A DNA stretch of 64,000 bases from Eledone cirrhosa. Taxonomy: Eukaryota. The stretch spans positions 40,548,001 to 40,612,000 of the forward strand of contig OZ024743.1 in NCBI GenBank assembly GCA_964016885.1. Reading direction: 5' to 3'. Each line of letters begins with the position of its first letter. Within the stretch, counting starts at the first letter, position 1. Both the position numbers and the translations under genes were made by a program. The notes below the pieces were generated by a model that made no database searches, was not told the origin of the DNA, and saw nothing but the letters and a program-made list of their open reading frames with translations. Shown here in pieces: positions 1 to 13,391 of the stretch.

Positions 1-1597
1 TTTGGGAGGGTCATGTTGCCAATAAGAAACACACACACCAGTTGCTTTCACTCCAATTTATTATAAATTAAATTTATAAATTTAAGAATTTATAAATTTT
101 CCGTTGGTTGGTTGGTTCCATAACCGGACGGTTGTTCATATATTGTCAAAGTTCTTTCGTCACACATTCTGTGACCTCTTCAATGACTGGGGATTCTTTT
201 CTTTGTTTTGTGCCTCTCCTTTGCTCTGTCCTACGCCATCTTGTTTTTGTGTGTGTTGTGTGCTTAGTTTGTGCATGTGTTACATCCAGGTGTCTGTGTG
301 TGTTTTTATTTGTTTATTTATTTGTTTATTTACATGTTACTGGCTGGTTGTTTGTTCTATGTGTGTATTTTCATTATGTCCTTAATTGTAAGTTGTGATC
401 TTGCTATTCCATTCATGTTCTCTATTTAATTTTGGTTGAAGTTCATTTATGCTTATTGCCTCTGTAATTTGTCTAAACAGTTCGTCTTTTCTGTGTGTAG
501 ATTCTATTTTTATTTCTATGTTCTCTAATTTGCCCTTATGTTCTATTTTAGCATGTTGGTGGAGTATTGATGATTCTTTTTTATCTTGAAGTTCTCGCCA
601 GTGTTCATTTAACCGTTCTCCTATACTACCAGCTGTCTCACCTATGTACACTATATTCTTATCTTTACATTGTCCTTCAGTACATTTTATGCTATATACT
701 ACATTTCTAGTTTTACAGTTAATATGGGGGCTTAGTTTACAGATTATACATTACTTATCTATAGATAAGACCTCCCTGTATAGATCAGAAATGAATAATA
801 TGTAAACTAAGACCCCATATTAATTGTTAAACTAGAAATGTAGTATATAGCATAAGATGTACTGAAGGACAATGTAAAAATAAGAATATAGTGTACATAG
901 GTGAGACAGCTCGTAGTATAGAAGAACGATTAAATGAACACTGGCGAGAACTTCAAGATAGAAAAGAATCATTAATACTCCACCAACATGCTAAAATAGA
1001 ACATAAGGGCAAATTAGAGAACATAGAAATAAAAATAGAATCTACACACAGAAAAGACGCATTGTTTAGACAAATCACAGAGGCAATAAAGATAAATGAA
1101 CTCCAACCAAATTAAATAGAAAACATGAATGGAATAGCAAGATCACAACTTTTCAATTAAGGACAAAATGAAAACACACACACACATAAAACAAACAACC
1201 AACCAGTAACATGTAAATAAACAAATAAATAAACAAATAAAAACAGACTCAGACACCAGGATGTAACACATGCGCAAACTAATCACACAACACACACAAA
1301 AACAAGATGGTGTAGGACAGAAAAAAGGGGAGGCACAAAACAAAGAAAAGAATCCCCAATCACTGAAGAGGTCACAGAATGTGTGACGAAATAACTTTGA
1401 AAATATATGAACAACCGTCCGGTTATGGAACCAACCAACCAACGGGAAATTTATAAATTCTTAAATTTATAATAAATTGGAGTGAAGCAACTGGTGCGTG
1501 AGTTTCTTATTGGCAACATGACCCTCCCAAAGCATAACAATATCGGTTTCAACAGACGTTTTCAGATAAAGAATCTTGCTAAACAAATTCAGAAACG

Positions 1598-1600
<3 letters not shown>
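1..1600. mobile_element. PLE family A fold-back insertion: left arm 1-~761 (-), right arm ~768-1600 (+); GIY-YIG endonuclease end plus 3' UTR/pLTR
   Basis: Arms are diverged reverse complements. Both encode ...YIGETAxSIxERLNEH...HQHAKIEH (ORFs 382-651 -, 891-1115 +). Right arm ends CAGAAACGAAA followed by (TA)n. Confidence 0.9.
382..760 (-). pseudogene. GIY-YIG endonuclease fragment of PLE family A
   Basis: NVVYSIKCTEGQCKDKNIVYIGET (VY...YIG motif), conserved R and H, and FRQITEA. Confidence 0.85.
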
Positions 1601-1667
<67 letters not shown>

Positions 1668-1670
<3 letters not shown>

Positions 1671-1845
1671 CAACGATGGTTGCTAGACACTGTACGGCTT
1701 AATTCGGGATGTTTGCTTACAAACACACCGAGTATTATAATAAATATTCGGTGAATCCATACGTACATATATATATGTGTGCATGTATGTATATATATAC
1801 ATACTACTGTACGTCTGTATACATATATGCATGTACGTATACATA

Positions 1846-1850
<5 letters not shown>
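1668..1850 (+). mobile_element. 3' fragment of the element forming the 6389-6840 palindrome
   Basis: GAGCAACGATGGTTGCTAGACAC...CATACTTA matches 6655-6840; flanked by (TA)n. Confidence 0.75.
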
Positions 1851-1905
<55 letters not shown>

Positions 1906-2399
1906 CATATTTATATATATATATATATACTACACATACACACTACTCAGAAAATGACTTATACATTATAAACTAAACAAACTCGATATACACAGGAACG
2001 CGCGCGCACACACATACACACCTACACACGATACAACATATCACACACACAAAACAATTCACACATGCATATGAATTCAAACTCTACTTTCTTTCTCAAA
2101 TCTTTGTTTCACTTTTTCGTTATATCATCCGCGTAGGTTTTCTTTCCTTTCTTACGCTCTTCCTCGCTCTATATTTTAAAAGCATTTTCTTTTTTTTCTA
2201 ATTTCTGTCAGAAAGAATTAATCGATAATATTCCTGAATGGTATTTTCGCAGAATCTGAAGAGGATTCTTAGAAAGTAATTGAAGAATTTTCTTGCATTG
2301 AGTGATAGGTTAAGAAAAAATTTACCAGATAAACAAATGTTTTATACAGTTAAAAATACTACTTCCTTAATTTGTATGTGTCTCACTCTTTAAAGCAAG

Positions 2400-2500
2400 G
2401 TTCTTGATCATAACGGTGTTGGTTCGATCCCCAGACAGAACAGATATTTGTTCCTTGAGGTAGATACTTTATTACTTGTTGTTCCAATTCACTCAGCGGC
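2400..2500 (+). mobile_element. Degenerate tRNA-derived CORE-type SINE. Related copies ~30780-30920(-), 35690-35790(+), 40950-41380(+), 49580-49690(+), 51225-51290(-), 60855-61000(-), 63010-63118(-)
   Basis: B-box-like GGTTCGATCCC followed by a decayed version of the core CCTTGAGCAAGACA...GCTCCAGTTCACTCAGCTG seen in the other copies. Confidence 0.55.
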
Positions 2501-2731
2501 TAAAATCTGTTGCCATGACAATTGTACCAAACTGAAACCTTTCTCTTGAATGATTTTGCCTACGAGAAGGCTGAGTAGGTTACTGGTCTTCCGCCAAAAC
2601 AGATTGAGTGGGTTATTCCAGATATAGACTCATGTTCTGCCATGACCGAAGATTTTTTATATTGTTTGGGAATCATGAGGTCCTAGGTTCAAACTCACTG
2701 CGTGGTATATATTTATAAATATATATATATA

Positions 2732-3293
2732 TTGAAAAATTGGTTGAATTTTACTTGTTCTGCTTATCTTGATATTAAGTTCTGGTATATCAAATTATTA
2801 CCATAGAACCACCTTGAATCATAGACAACCTATGTATTTCTGGGGGTACATTGTACCCTCAGATATATATTAACCTTATTCATTATTCTCCGATTATGTA
2901 GAGAAAAAATTCTGTCGTTCTATCTAGCTGCTAAATTTTTTTTGGTGGCGAACATAGACAACAAGTCTACGATTTCCCGCCTTTACTTTACACCAACGTA
3001 TTTATGGGTCACTTTCACGACCTTTCAGACCTGTATTAGTTGGAGTGAGGTCATATATTTTATCGTTCCTGGGGTGTTTAACCCTAGGAAAGGAAAATGC
3101 TTCTCTGATGATCTTTGCTTTTCCATTAATATCCATGTGATATCTAATGTTTTGCAAAGTGAAACTGTACAGTAAGAGCCACTCGAATAGGTAAATATTT
3201 ATATTATATTTTTTAATTTTTATTAATTTTAATTGTAAATTAATTTTGATTTATTTTGAAAAATTGGTTGAATTTTACTTGTTCTGCTTATCT

Positions 3294-3298
<5 letters not shown>
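2732..3298 (+). mobile_element. Non-coding HHR element: 524-nt unit plus 43-bp terminal direct repeat, between (TA)n tracts
   Basis: TTGAAAAATTGGTTGAATTTTACTTGTTCTGCTTATCTTGATA at 2732 and 3256; internal hairpins; HHR at 3101-3178. Confidence 0.75.
3101..3178 (+). ncRNA. Type I hammerhead ribozyme
   Basis: TTCT CTGATGA T-CTTTGC...GCAAAG-T GAAA CTGTACAG TA AGAG; palindromic stem III ACTGTACAGT; GUA cleavage triplet. Confidence 0.8.
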
Positions 3299-3349
<51 letters not shown>

Positions 3350-3353
<4 letters not shown>

Positions 3354-4665
3354 ACAGGGAGAAAGAGACGAGTATTAGGAAGAAAAATATATTTTTTTCC
3401 TTTTTTGTTTCTCTCTCTCTCTTTTTTCTGGGTTAGAAAATGATTAAAACGAAATGTTTTACTTTGTGTGAAGTGTTAAGGTATTAGTTGATTTATTTAT
3501 TATTTAACAATGGCATTTATTCATCTATTTATATGTTTAATAATTTTCTATTACCGGTTTCACCATATTAATATGCATTATCAAATGATAGTGCAATGTA
3601 TTAGTGTGGTGTCACACATGTTAAAGAGAAGGTGTGGAAAGTATAATGTTATTTACTCCATCATGGAATCATGGTTCAACTAAGCACTCTTGCCATATTA
3701 ATACATTTTGATCTGCTTAACTTCAAGAACTATGCCTGTAAATAACATTATTTTTTCAACATTGACTTTTTATGCTCTACATTATATCCATTTCCTTTTT
3801 CTTTTTTCTTTTTTCTTTTTTCTTTTTTCTTTTTTCTTTTTTCTTTTTTCTTTTTTCTCTTTTCTTTTTTCTTTTTTCTTTTTTCTTTTTTTCTTTTTTT
3901 CTTTTTTTCTTTTTTTTCTTCTTTTTTCTTTTTTCTTTTTTCTTTTTTCTTTTTTCTTTTTTCTTTTTTTCTTTTTTCTTTTTTCTTTTTTATTACTTTT
4001 TTCTTTTTTTATTTTTCCTTTTTTATTTTTTATTTATTCTTTTTTATTTTTTATTTATTTTTTATTTTTTTAATTTTTTTTTATTTTTTTTTATTTTTTA
4101 TTTTTTTTTTATTTTTTATTTATTTATTTATTTTTTTTTTTTAATTTTATTTTTTTTTTATTTTTTATTTTTGTCTTGTCTTTTTTATTTTTTATTTTTT
4201 ATTTTTAATATTTTTTATTTTTTTTATTTTTTTTTTTTTATTTATTTTATTTTTTTTTATTTTTGTTTTTTATTTTTTTATTTATTATTATTTTTTTATT
4301 TTTTTTTATTTATTTATTTTTTTTTTTATTTTATTTTATTTTTTTTTTCACTTCATAAACCTTGTTTGTAAATAACATTATTCTTTCTGCACCTTCTCTT
4401 TAACATGTGTAACACCACACTAATACATTCCACTAGCATTTGATAATGCATAAAATGCTGAAACCGGTAATAGACAATTATTAAATATATAAATAGATAA
4501 ATAAATGCCATTGTTAAATAATAAATAAATCAACTAATACCTTAACACTTCACACAAAGTAAAACATTTCGTTTTAATCATTTTCTATCCCAGAAAAAAG
4601 ATAGAGAGAGAAACAAAAAAGAAAAGAAATATATTTTTCTTCCTAATAATGGTCTCTTTCTCCGT

Positions 4666-4670
<5 letters not shown>
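3350..4670. mobile_element. Inverted pLTR-like pair (arms ~3350-3640 and ~4390-4670) around a T-rich tract; U3-A8 HHR-like motif at ~4438-4473 (+) and ~3549-3587 (-)
   Basis: Reverse-complement arms. TTGATAA T-GCAT AAA ATGC-T GAAA CCGG TA; stem I is weak. Confidence 0.65.
3790..4350. repeat. T-rich low-complexity tract, (TTTTTTC)n grading into (TTTTTA)n
   Basis: Seen directly; source of the Phe-rich pseudo-ORFs. Confidence 0.9.
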
Positions 4671-4723
<53 letters not shown>

Positions 4724-4776
4724 TAACTCATGTGCTTTCTCTCCACATGTTATTGTTATGTATAGATATATATATA

Positions 4777-6262
4777 TTGTTATACTTTGGGAGGGTCATG
4801 TTGCCAATAAGAAACACACGCACCAGTTGCTTTCACTTCAATTTATTATAAATTTATAAATTTACCAATCTACAAACTTATAAATTTCTGGTTGGTTGGT
4901 TGGTTTTGGTACGGGTGATGAGAAATTCGTCCCGCATGTGCAACCCCGAAGAACTAGAGAGACACATACAGCACTTCATCCACCGTATGCAGTTCTCTGG
5001 CTACAATCCGAGAGATAGAATCAGAGTGTATAGAGGAGCCAGAATCAAATGGGAAAAAATGGTAAATAATGACATAAATGGGACCTGCCCCTTATATAGG
5101 AGAAAATTTTGGAATAGAATAGAAAGAACTAGGAACAAGGCCAATAGAATAAACTCATGGTATGATAGCAATAAATACCAGAGTGTAATGTTCATCAATA
5201 CAACCCCTAGTGGCGAACTAGCCTACAAATTTAGAAAGGCCCTAAATAAACATAAACTCAATATTAAGACAGTAGAAAGACCAGGTACCTCCGTAAAAAC
5301 ACTTATTAGCAAGACATACCCGTTCGAAGACCCTCATGTATAGATAAGAAATGTATAACCTGTAAAATAAGGCTCCATATTAACTGTAAAACTAGAAATG
5401 TAGTGTATAGCATAAGATGTACTAAAGGACAATGTAGAAACAAAAATATAGTGTACATAGGTGAGACAGCTCGTAGTATAGGGGAACGAATAAATGAACA
5501 CTGGCGAGACCTTCAAGATAATAAGGAATCATCTGTGCTCTACCAACATGCTAAGATAGAACACAGGGGTAGATTAGAGAGCTTAGAAATAAAAATAGAA
5601 TCCACACACAGAAAAGACGCAATGTTTAGGCATAAAAGAATTACAACCAAAATTAAATAGAAAATATGAGTGGAACAGCAACATCACAACTTACAATTAA
5701 GGACAAAATGAAAACACACACAGGACAAAATGAAAACACACACACACACATAGAACAAACAACTTACAATTAAGGACAAAATGAAAACACACACAGGACA
5801 AAATGAAAACACACACACACATAGAACAAACAACCAACCAACATTAAATAAATAAATAAATAAATAAACAAATAGATAAATGAACACAAACACACACAGA
5901 CAGCCGGATGTGGCGCATGCGCAAACTGAGCACACAACACACACACATAAACAAAATGGCGTAGGATAGAAGAAAGGAAAGGCACAGAAACAAAGAAAGG
6001 CATCCCCAGTCACTGAAGAGGTCACCGAGTGTGTGACGAAAGGACTATGACTATATATAAAACTATCTGGTTGTGGAACCAACCAACCAACCAGAAATTT
6101 ATAAGTTTGTAGATTTGTAAATTTATAAATTTATAATAAATTGAAGTGAAAGCAACTGGTGCGTGTGTTTCTTATTGGCAACATGACCCTCCCAAAGTAT
6201 AACAATATCGGTTTCAACACACGATTTCAGATAAAGAATCTTGCTAAACAAATTCAGAAACG

Positions 6263-6265
<3 letters not shown>
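4777..6265 (+). mobile_element. PLE family A copy: short inverted arm 4777-~4903, then RT thumb, Cys linker, GIY-YIG and pLTR
   Basis: ORFs 4900-5343 (LVRVMRN...RMQFSGY...KTYPF) and 5403-5660 (YIGETARS), joined by a frameshift near 5328; CIDKKCITC linker in the second frame. Confidence 0.9.
6008..6052 (+). ncRNA. Minimal type I HHR of PLE family A. Copies at 145-187(-), 1359-1401(+), 13705-13749(-), 46289-46331(-), 46742-46784(+), ~63363-63405(-, mutated core)
   Basis: AGTCA CTGAAGA G GTCAC...GTGAC GAAA GGAC TA TGACT; stem I AGTCA/TGACT; one extra G before stem II. Confidence 0.7.
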
Positions 6266-6329
<64 letters not shown>

Positions 6330-6388
6330 AATAGAAAAAATGAAACTAAATTTCATTTTCCACTCTTAGTACGGCTGTTACTTAAATA

Positions 6389-6940
<552 letters not shown>

Positions 6941-6945
6941 TATAT

Positions 6946-7057
6946 AAGCAAATGTATGAATGAATGAACGAAGGAGTTACAAGCCATTAAAACAAGTTCT
7001 TTATATAAAGAACTTAATTTAACGGCTAGTAAGTCCTTCACTCATTCATTTGCTTAT
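6946..7057. repeat. Imperfect ~110-bp hairpin at the 5' end of an insertion in (TA)n
   Basis: TAAGCAAATG...AAGTTCTTTA TA TAAAGAACTT...CATTTGCTTA. Confidence 0.7.
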
Positions 7058-7237
7058 TCCCGCACTGCTTAAACTATACGCTAAATATTAACTTCCTCTA
7101 ATATGTAACCCTGCTAACCCTGTTTTGAACAAACCTCGCTTCGGCTATTGGCATTTAGTATCCTGTACCGCACCTCATTGTACCTCTCTGCTCCCCCCTC
7201 TCTTACGATACTTATGCCCTATTATATATATACATAT

Positions 7238-7347
<110 letters not shown>

Positions 7348-7504
7348 TTAACGATGACCTCCCCTTCTCGTTTGAGTACAGTGTGATAGTTCTTTTTGAA
7401 GGACTGCTGGACTTTCAAATGTTGGCCGTCATTCTAGCACTGACTGAGACCATCGCTGAATATGAATATCAATGTGGTTTTTTATATTGATATTGCCTGG
7501 GCAT

Positions 7505-7625
7505 CCACTGATGAGTTATTAGGGCCCACTTGTGTGTATATCTATGAATTATATGCAAGCTTCAACATAACCTGGACATTATTTTCCCAATTTGTAGAAA
7601 TCTTATAACGAAATGATTGAATGGA
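7505..7625 (+). ncRNA. Degenerate HHR with long stem II insertion
   Basis: TCCA CTGATGA GTTAT...ATAAC GAAA TGATTGAA TGGA; U16.1 appears mutated. Confidence 0.45.
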
Positions 7626-7803
7626 AAGAAAGAGAGATTTAATTATGTCTCATATAAAATAATACAACCGGCTATACACAAAATACAATATAGTTAGCAC
7701 CCCAAATACATAATTGGGATTATACTTAGCTATATCCTAATGTTTGTTGAGTGAGATGAGAGTCGGTCGGAGTATCGCTTAAATTTTTCTCTGTTAATGT
7801 AAT

Positions 7804-8071
<268 letters not shown>

Positions 8072-8161
8072 AATATATATATATATATATTTATATATAT
8101 ATTTATATACATATTTAAATATATATTTATATAGTTATGTAATAAAAAACATAAAGCAATT

Positions 8162-8224
8162 ATTTCATTCACCAGTGGTTTCTTGAAAGCAAACAAATTT
8201 TTCTTTCAATCATCAGAATGAAAT
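8162..8224 (-). ncRNA. HHR family B, copy with G at position 17 (GUG, probably non-cleaving)
   Basis: RC: ATTTCATT CTGATGA TTGAAAG...CTTTCAA GAAA CCACTGG TG AATGAAAT. Confidence 0.7.
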
Positions 8225-9090
8225 AATCCTGGACTTTGGATTTTAAAAACAAAAATATAATCTATATGAAAGTGAGGCTGGAAAAGGAAGAAGGAAAGGA
8301 AAATAAACACACATGCACACACACAATTACAATTACATACATATATACATACCATATATATATATATATATACACACATACATATACACACACATATATA
8401 TATATATTTATATATATATATATATATACATACATACACATATACATACACGTACACATACACATACATATACATATACATACATACACACATATATATT
8501 AACATATCCATACAGACACATACATACAAATACACACCATAATATATATATATACATCTATATATATAATTATATATATATATATATACATACATACACA
8601 CAATCATACATATATACACATGTACATACACACACATACATACACACATATATACATGCATACATACGCATACACAAATCTAGATATATGTATACACACC
8701 TACATACGCACACACACACACAAATAATTATAAAGAAATATATAATAATAAAATACCGTCACATAAGAATAAAAATAAATGTAAAAATTATTATAAAGTT
8801 GACAGCGATACAGGCAAGAAATAAATGCACAAACACACGTGGTAAGCAATACACACAATTGCACATACACACATAAAAATAAATACATACACACACACAT
8901 ACATAAGCATATACACATACATACACATACACATATACATACACATACACACATATATATATATATATACATATATACGCATACATATACATACATATAC
9001 ACACACACATACATGCAAATACATACACACACATGTATGTGTGTAAAACTCATTCTTAGAAGTATTCATTGAAGCTTGTTTAACTCTTAA

Positions 9091-9122
<32 letters not shown>

Positions 9123-9550
9123 ATATATATATACATACATACATATACACACACACACATATAAGAAAATACATAAATATTATATATATATAAAAATAAA
9201 AAGGTGAAAGTGGTAAACAAATAGTTGGGAATACGACAAATAATAAATAACAATTAGAAAATGGTATAAATATTTATAGCTGATTTAGAGCACTCAACAA
9301 TTCCTGGAGCAAATGATCAATGAAAATAAGCATTAAATCACTGTATGTAATTATGCATATACATACACATACATATATACATATACATATATATATATAT
9401 ATATATATATGCATACACACACAGAACGATGCAAATACACACATATATACATACATACACGTATATATATATATACATATAGGAAAAAGTATGACCCCGA
9501 CGGCAGAGCTCAAGCAGTTTCTGAGGCTATTATATATATACACAATAAGA

Positions 9551-9730
9551 GCGGGTTGGTGGTATCGGTAGAGGGTAGGACGCTATGCTTTCCAGCATAG
9601 TTACGTCCCTTTACGATCTGAGTTCAAATCCCGCCGAGGTTGAATTTGCCTTTCATCCTTACGGGGTCGATAAAATAAAGTACCAGTAATGCACTGGGTA
9701 ATTGATGGCCTTGTGCTTAAAGTAGAAACA
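9551..9730 (+). mobile_element. tRNA-derived SINE with GCCTTTCATCCTTACGGGGTCGATAAA central domain (Meta-domain-like)
   Basis: B-box GAGTTCAAATCCC; tail GGCCTTGTGC...GAAAC; about 15 copies in the window; absent from the right arm of the inverted duplication. Confidence 0.8.
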
Positions 9731-9790
9731 ATTATATATATACATACATAAACAATTATATAAAAATACACACACACAAATATAAACATA

Positions 9791-9873
<83 letters not shown>

Positions 9874-10161
9874 CAAATAACGAAACGAAATTAAATTTCG
9901 TTTCGTTTGTAACTCACTTTTGTATGACTGACGCTTAAACAATTAAGTTAGAAATGTACATCTACATATGCATACTGAAATACTAGTATGCATATGAATA
10001 CACACACGTATACATATGTAGATGTACCAAGTCTTTCACTGGTTACTTTACTGTGAGTATCCAGCTATTCTGTATGTAAACACACAGACAAACCGGTTTT
10101 TAGAGTCATACTGGTTTTTGAGGAAACACCTTTCCTCTATTCTCCAGAAAGCCAGACAAGG

Positions 10162-10206
10162 AATATTGAACTAGTTTCGTTGTTGTTACAACTCATCAGC
10201 AATATT
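10162..10206 (-). ncRNA. Minimal type I HHR, unit 1
   Basis: RC: AATATTG CTGATGA GTTGT AACA ACAAC GAAA CTAG TT CAATATT; 7-bp stem I, 5-bp stem II, ACTAGT palindromic stem III. Confidence 0.9.
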
Positions 10207-10627
10207 TACCTATCTACCGGCCTTTCTGGAGAATCGTAAAAGCACATATCGTTATATGCTTTTTCTATGAAAATTAGTAGTGGGCAGACCAATTTGCATA
10301 GAGTGTGAGTACGTACCGGTTCAACGGAGACGATAAAAACAAATAACGAAACGAAATTAAATTTCGTTTCGTTTGTAACTCACTTTTGTATGACTGACGC
10401 TTAAACAATTAAGTTAGAAATGTACATCTACATATGCATACTGAAATACTAGTATGCATATGAATACACACACGTATACATATGTAGATGTACCAAGTCT
10501 TTCACTGGTTACTTTACTGTGAGTATCCAGCTATTCTGTATGTAAACACACAGACAAACCGGTTTTTAGAGTCATACTGGTTTTTGAGGAAACACCTTTC
10601 CTCTATTCTCCAGAAAGCCAGACAAGG

Positions 10628-10672
10628 AATATTGAACTAGTTTCGTTGTTGTTACAACTCATCAGCAATATT
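10628..10672 (-). ncRNA. Minimal type I HHR, unit 2
   Basis: Identical to unit 1. Confidence 0.9.
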
Positions 10673-11093
10673 TACCTATCTACCGGCCTTTCTGGAGAAT
10701 CGTAAAAGCACATATCGTTATATGCTTTTTCTATGAAAATTAGTAGTGGGCAGACCAACTTGCATAGAGTGTGAGTACGTACCGGTTCAACGGAGACGAT
10801 AAAAACAAATAACGAAACGAAATTAAATTTCGTTTCGTTTGTAACTCACTTTTGTATGACTGACGCTTAAACAATTAAGTTAGAAATGTACATCTACATA
10901 TGCATACTGAAATACTAGTATGCATATGAATACACACACGTATACATATGTAGATGTACCAAGTCTTTCACTGGTTACTTTACTGTGAGTATCCAGCTAT
11001 TCTGTATGTAAACACACAGACAAACCGGTTTTTAGAGTCATACTGGTTTTTGAGGAAACACCTTTCCTCTATTCTCCAGAAAGCCAGACAAGG

Positions 11094-11138
11094 AATATTG
11101 AACTAGTTTCGTTGCTGTTACAACTCATCAGCAATATT
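11094..11138 (-). ncRNA. Minimal type I HHR, unit 3
   Basis: As unit 1, with one U-A to U-G change in stem II. Confidence 0.9.
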
Positions 11139-11290
11139 TACCTATCTACCGGCCTTTCTGGAGAATCGTAAAAGCACATATCGTTATATGCTTTTTCTAT
11201 GAAAATTAGTAGTGGGCAGACCAATTTGCATAGAGTGTGAGTACGTACCGGTTCAACGGAGACGATAAAAACAAATAACGGAACGAAATT

Positions 11291-11590
11291 ATAATAAAGC
11301 CCTTAATAAGAGCGGATTTACAGAACACTTTAATTATTTACCTACTCCTCCCCCTAAAACTAACCACAATAATAGGAAAAGGAAAATTATTTGGTTTACA
11401 GCCCCTTCTCTCTAACTGCCAAAACTAATGTAGGATGGAAATTCCTTGACCTCTTAGCAAAATATTTTCCTCTTAATCATAGTTATTATAAGATATTTAA
11501 TAGAAAAGTAGTTAAAATCAGTTACTCTTGCTGCCCATCAATAAAGTCTAAAATCACTAATTCTAATCGTACGAGAATAAATCCAGGACC
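11291..11590 (+). pseudogene. PLE ORF fragment (RT-to-endonuclease linker), fused directly to the 466-bp array
   Basis: NKALNKSGF...RKRKIIWF then PFSLTAKTNVGWKFLDLLAKYFPLNHSYYKIFNRKVVKISYSC, matching the Penelope-type IIWFNPP...KHFP...KIFN...SYSC motif. Confidence 0.8.
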
Positions 11591-11933
11591 TTCTGAACTC
11601 ACTTTCTGTACACTTATATTTTTTTCTCCCTTATCTCACCTTATATATAAACCTTTTCCTATGTCATTTATTTTACTTATTTTCCTCCCTACTTTTTACC
11701 TTACCCTTTTTTACTTTTAGATATTTATTTCTGTGTGTGTTGCGTATATGTGTATATATGTATATATATATATATATATAAATATAGACATAGAATATTC
11801 GAAAATATTCTGTATGTTTATAATAAACATTTTGAAGACCTAATCGCTATAGAATAGAATACGTCACGTATTACAATTAGATTCTCGATAAAAGCAAGGG
11901 AAGTAATCTACGCGTTTCATTCTCGTTAGAAAT

Positions 11934-11966
<33 letters not shown>

Positions 11967-12084
11967 CGTATGTATATGTATATATATATATACGTATGTA
12001 TATGTATGTGTATATATGTTTATATATATCTGTATGTATATGTATGTGTGTATATAATTGTATTTTATATGCTTCTGTTGTATT

Positions 12085-12156
<72 letters not shown>

Positions 12157-12614
12157 TGTGTTAGTGTGTGTGTATTTATATTTGTGTGTGTGTATTTTTA
12201 TATAATTGTTTATGTGTGTATATATATTATAGCCTCAGAAACGGTTTGAGCTCTGACGTCGGTGTAATACTTTTTCCTAAATGTATATATATATACGTAT
12301 ATGTGTGTATATGTATGTATATATATGTATGTATTTGCATGATTATGTGTGTGTGTGTGTATATAGATATGTATATGTATATATGTATGTGTATGTATAT
12401 GGATAATTACATACAGTGATTTAATGCTTATTTTCATTGATCATTTGCTCCAGGAATTGTTGAGTGCTCTAAATCACCTATAAACATTTATACCCTTTTC
12501 TAATTATTTGTTATTTGTCGTATTCCCAACTATTTGTTTACCCCTTTCACCTTTTTATTTTTATATATATATAATATTTATGTATTTTCTTATATGTGTG
12601 TGTGTGTGTATATG

Positions 12615-12656
<42 letters not shown>

Positions 12657-12802
12657 CGTATATGTATATATGTATATATGTTTGAGAGTTAAGCAAGGTT
12701 CAATGAATACTTCTAAGAATGAGTTTTACACACATACATGTGTGTGTATGTGTTTGCATGTATGTGTGTGTGTATATGTATGTATATGTATGTGTATATA
12801 TG

Positions 12803-12849
<47 letters not shown>

Positions 12850-13303
12850 TAAAATAACAGATTAAAGTTTAAGCAAAGAATCACTGCTTTCACCCTTAAC
12901 GGGATCTTCTGAAACTAACAAAGTCAATCTGTAAACGCAGAACTGGATATTTTAAAAAACGTTGTGTGTCTATGTATATGTGTATGTATGTGTATGTGTG
13001 TGTGTGTGTATGTATTTATTTTTATGTGTGTATGTGCAACCGTGTGTATTGCTTACCACGTGTGTTTGTTCATTTATTTGTTGCCTGTATCGCTGTCAAC
13101 TTTATAATAATTTTTACATTTATTTTTATTCTTATGTGATGGTATTTTTATTATTATATTTTTTCTTATAATTATTTGTGTGTGTGCGTATGTAGGTGTG
13201 TATACATATATCTATATTTGTGTATGCGTATGTATGCGTGTATATATGTGTGTAAGTATGTGTGTGTATGTACGTGTGTATATATGTATGATTGTGTGTA
13301 TGT

Positions 13304-13387
<84 letters not shown>

Positions 13388-13391
<4 letters not shown>

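Larger units (their letters stand above)
8130..9830. repeat. Left arm of an old inverted duplication; right arm ~12150-15475, interrupted by later insertions
   Basis: Unique blocks such as 8270-8330, 8800-8860 and 9200-9360 recur reverse-complemented at ~15260-15330, ~13040-13100 and ~12400-12560. Confidence 0.8.
9868..11290 (-). mobile_element. Tandem array of three near-identical 466-bp non-coding units plus ~24 bp, one HHR per unit (retrozyme-like)
   Basis: AAACAAATAACG at 9871, 10337, 10803 and 11269; only isolated substitutions seen between copies; abuts (TA)n. Confidence 0.9.

Noticed and set aside
104-398. Recurrent Cys-rich ORF (MVGWFHN...; also 1143, 46248, 63322)
   Set aside because: Antisense reading of the A/C-rich family A pLTR; recurrence reflects repeat copies.
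3708-4371. Phe-rich membrane-protein-like ORFs
   Set aside because: Translation of a T-rich low-complexity tract.
9868-11290. CRISPR or ordinary satellite interpretation
   Set aside because: No repeat-spacer structure and eukaryotic context; whole units repeat and carry an HHR.
12870-12925. Minus-strand CAGAAGA-stem-GAAA
   Set aside because: Core mutated at U4 and no convincing stem I or III.
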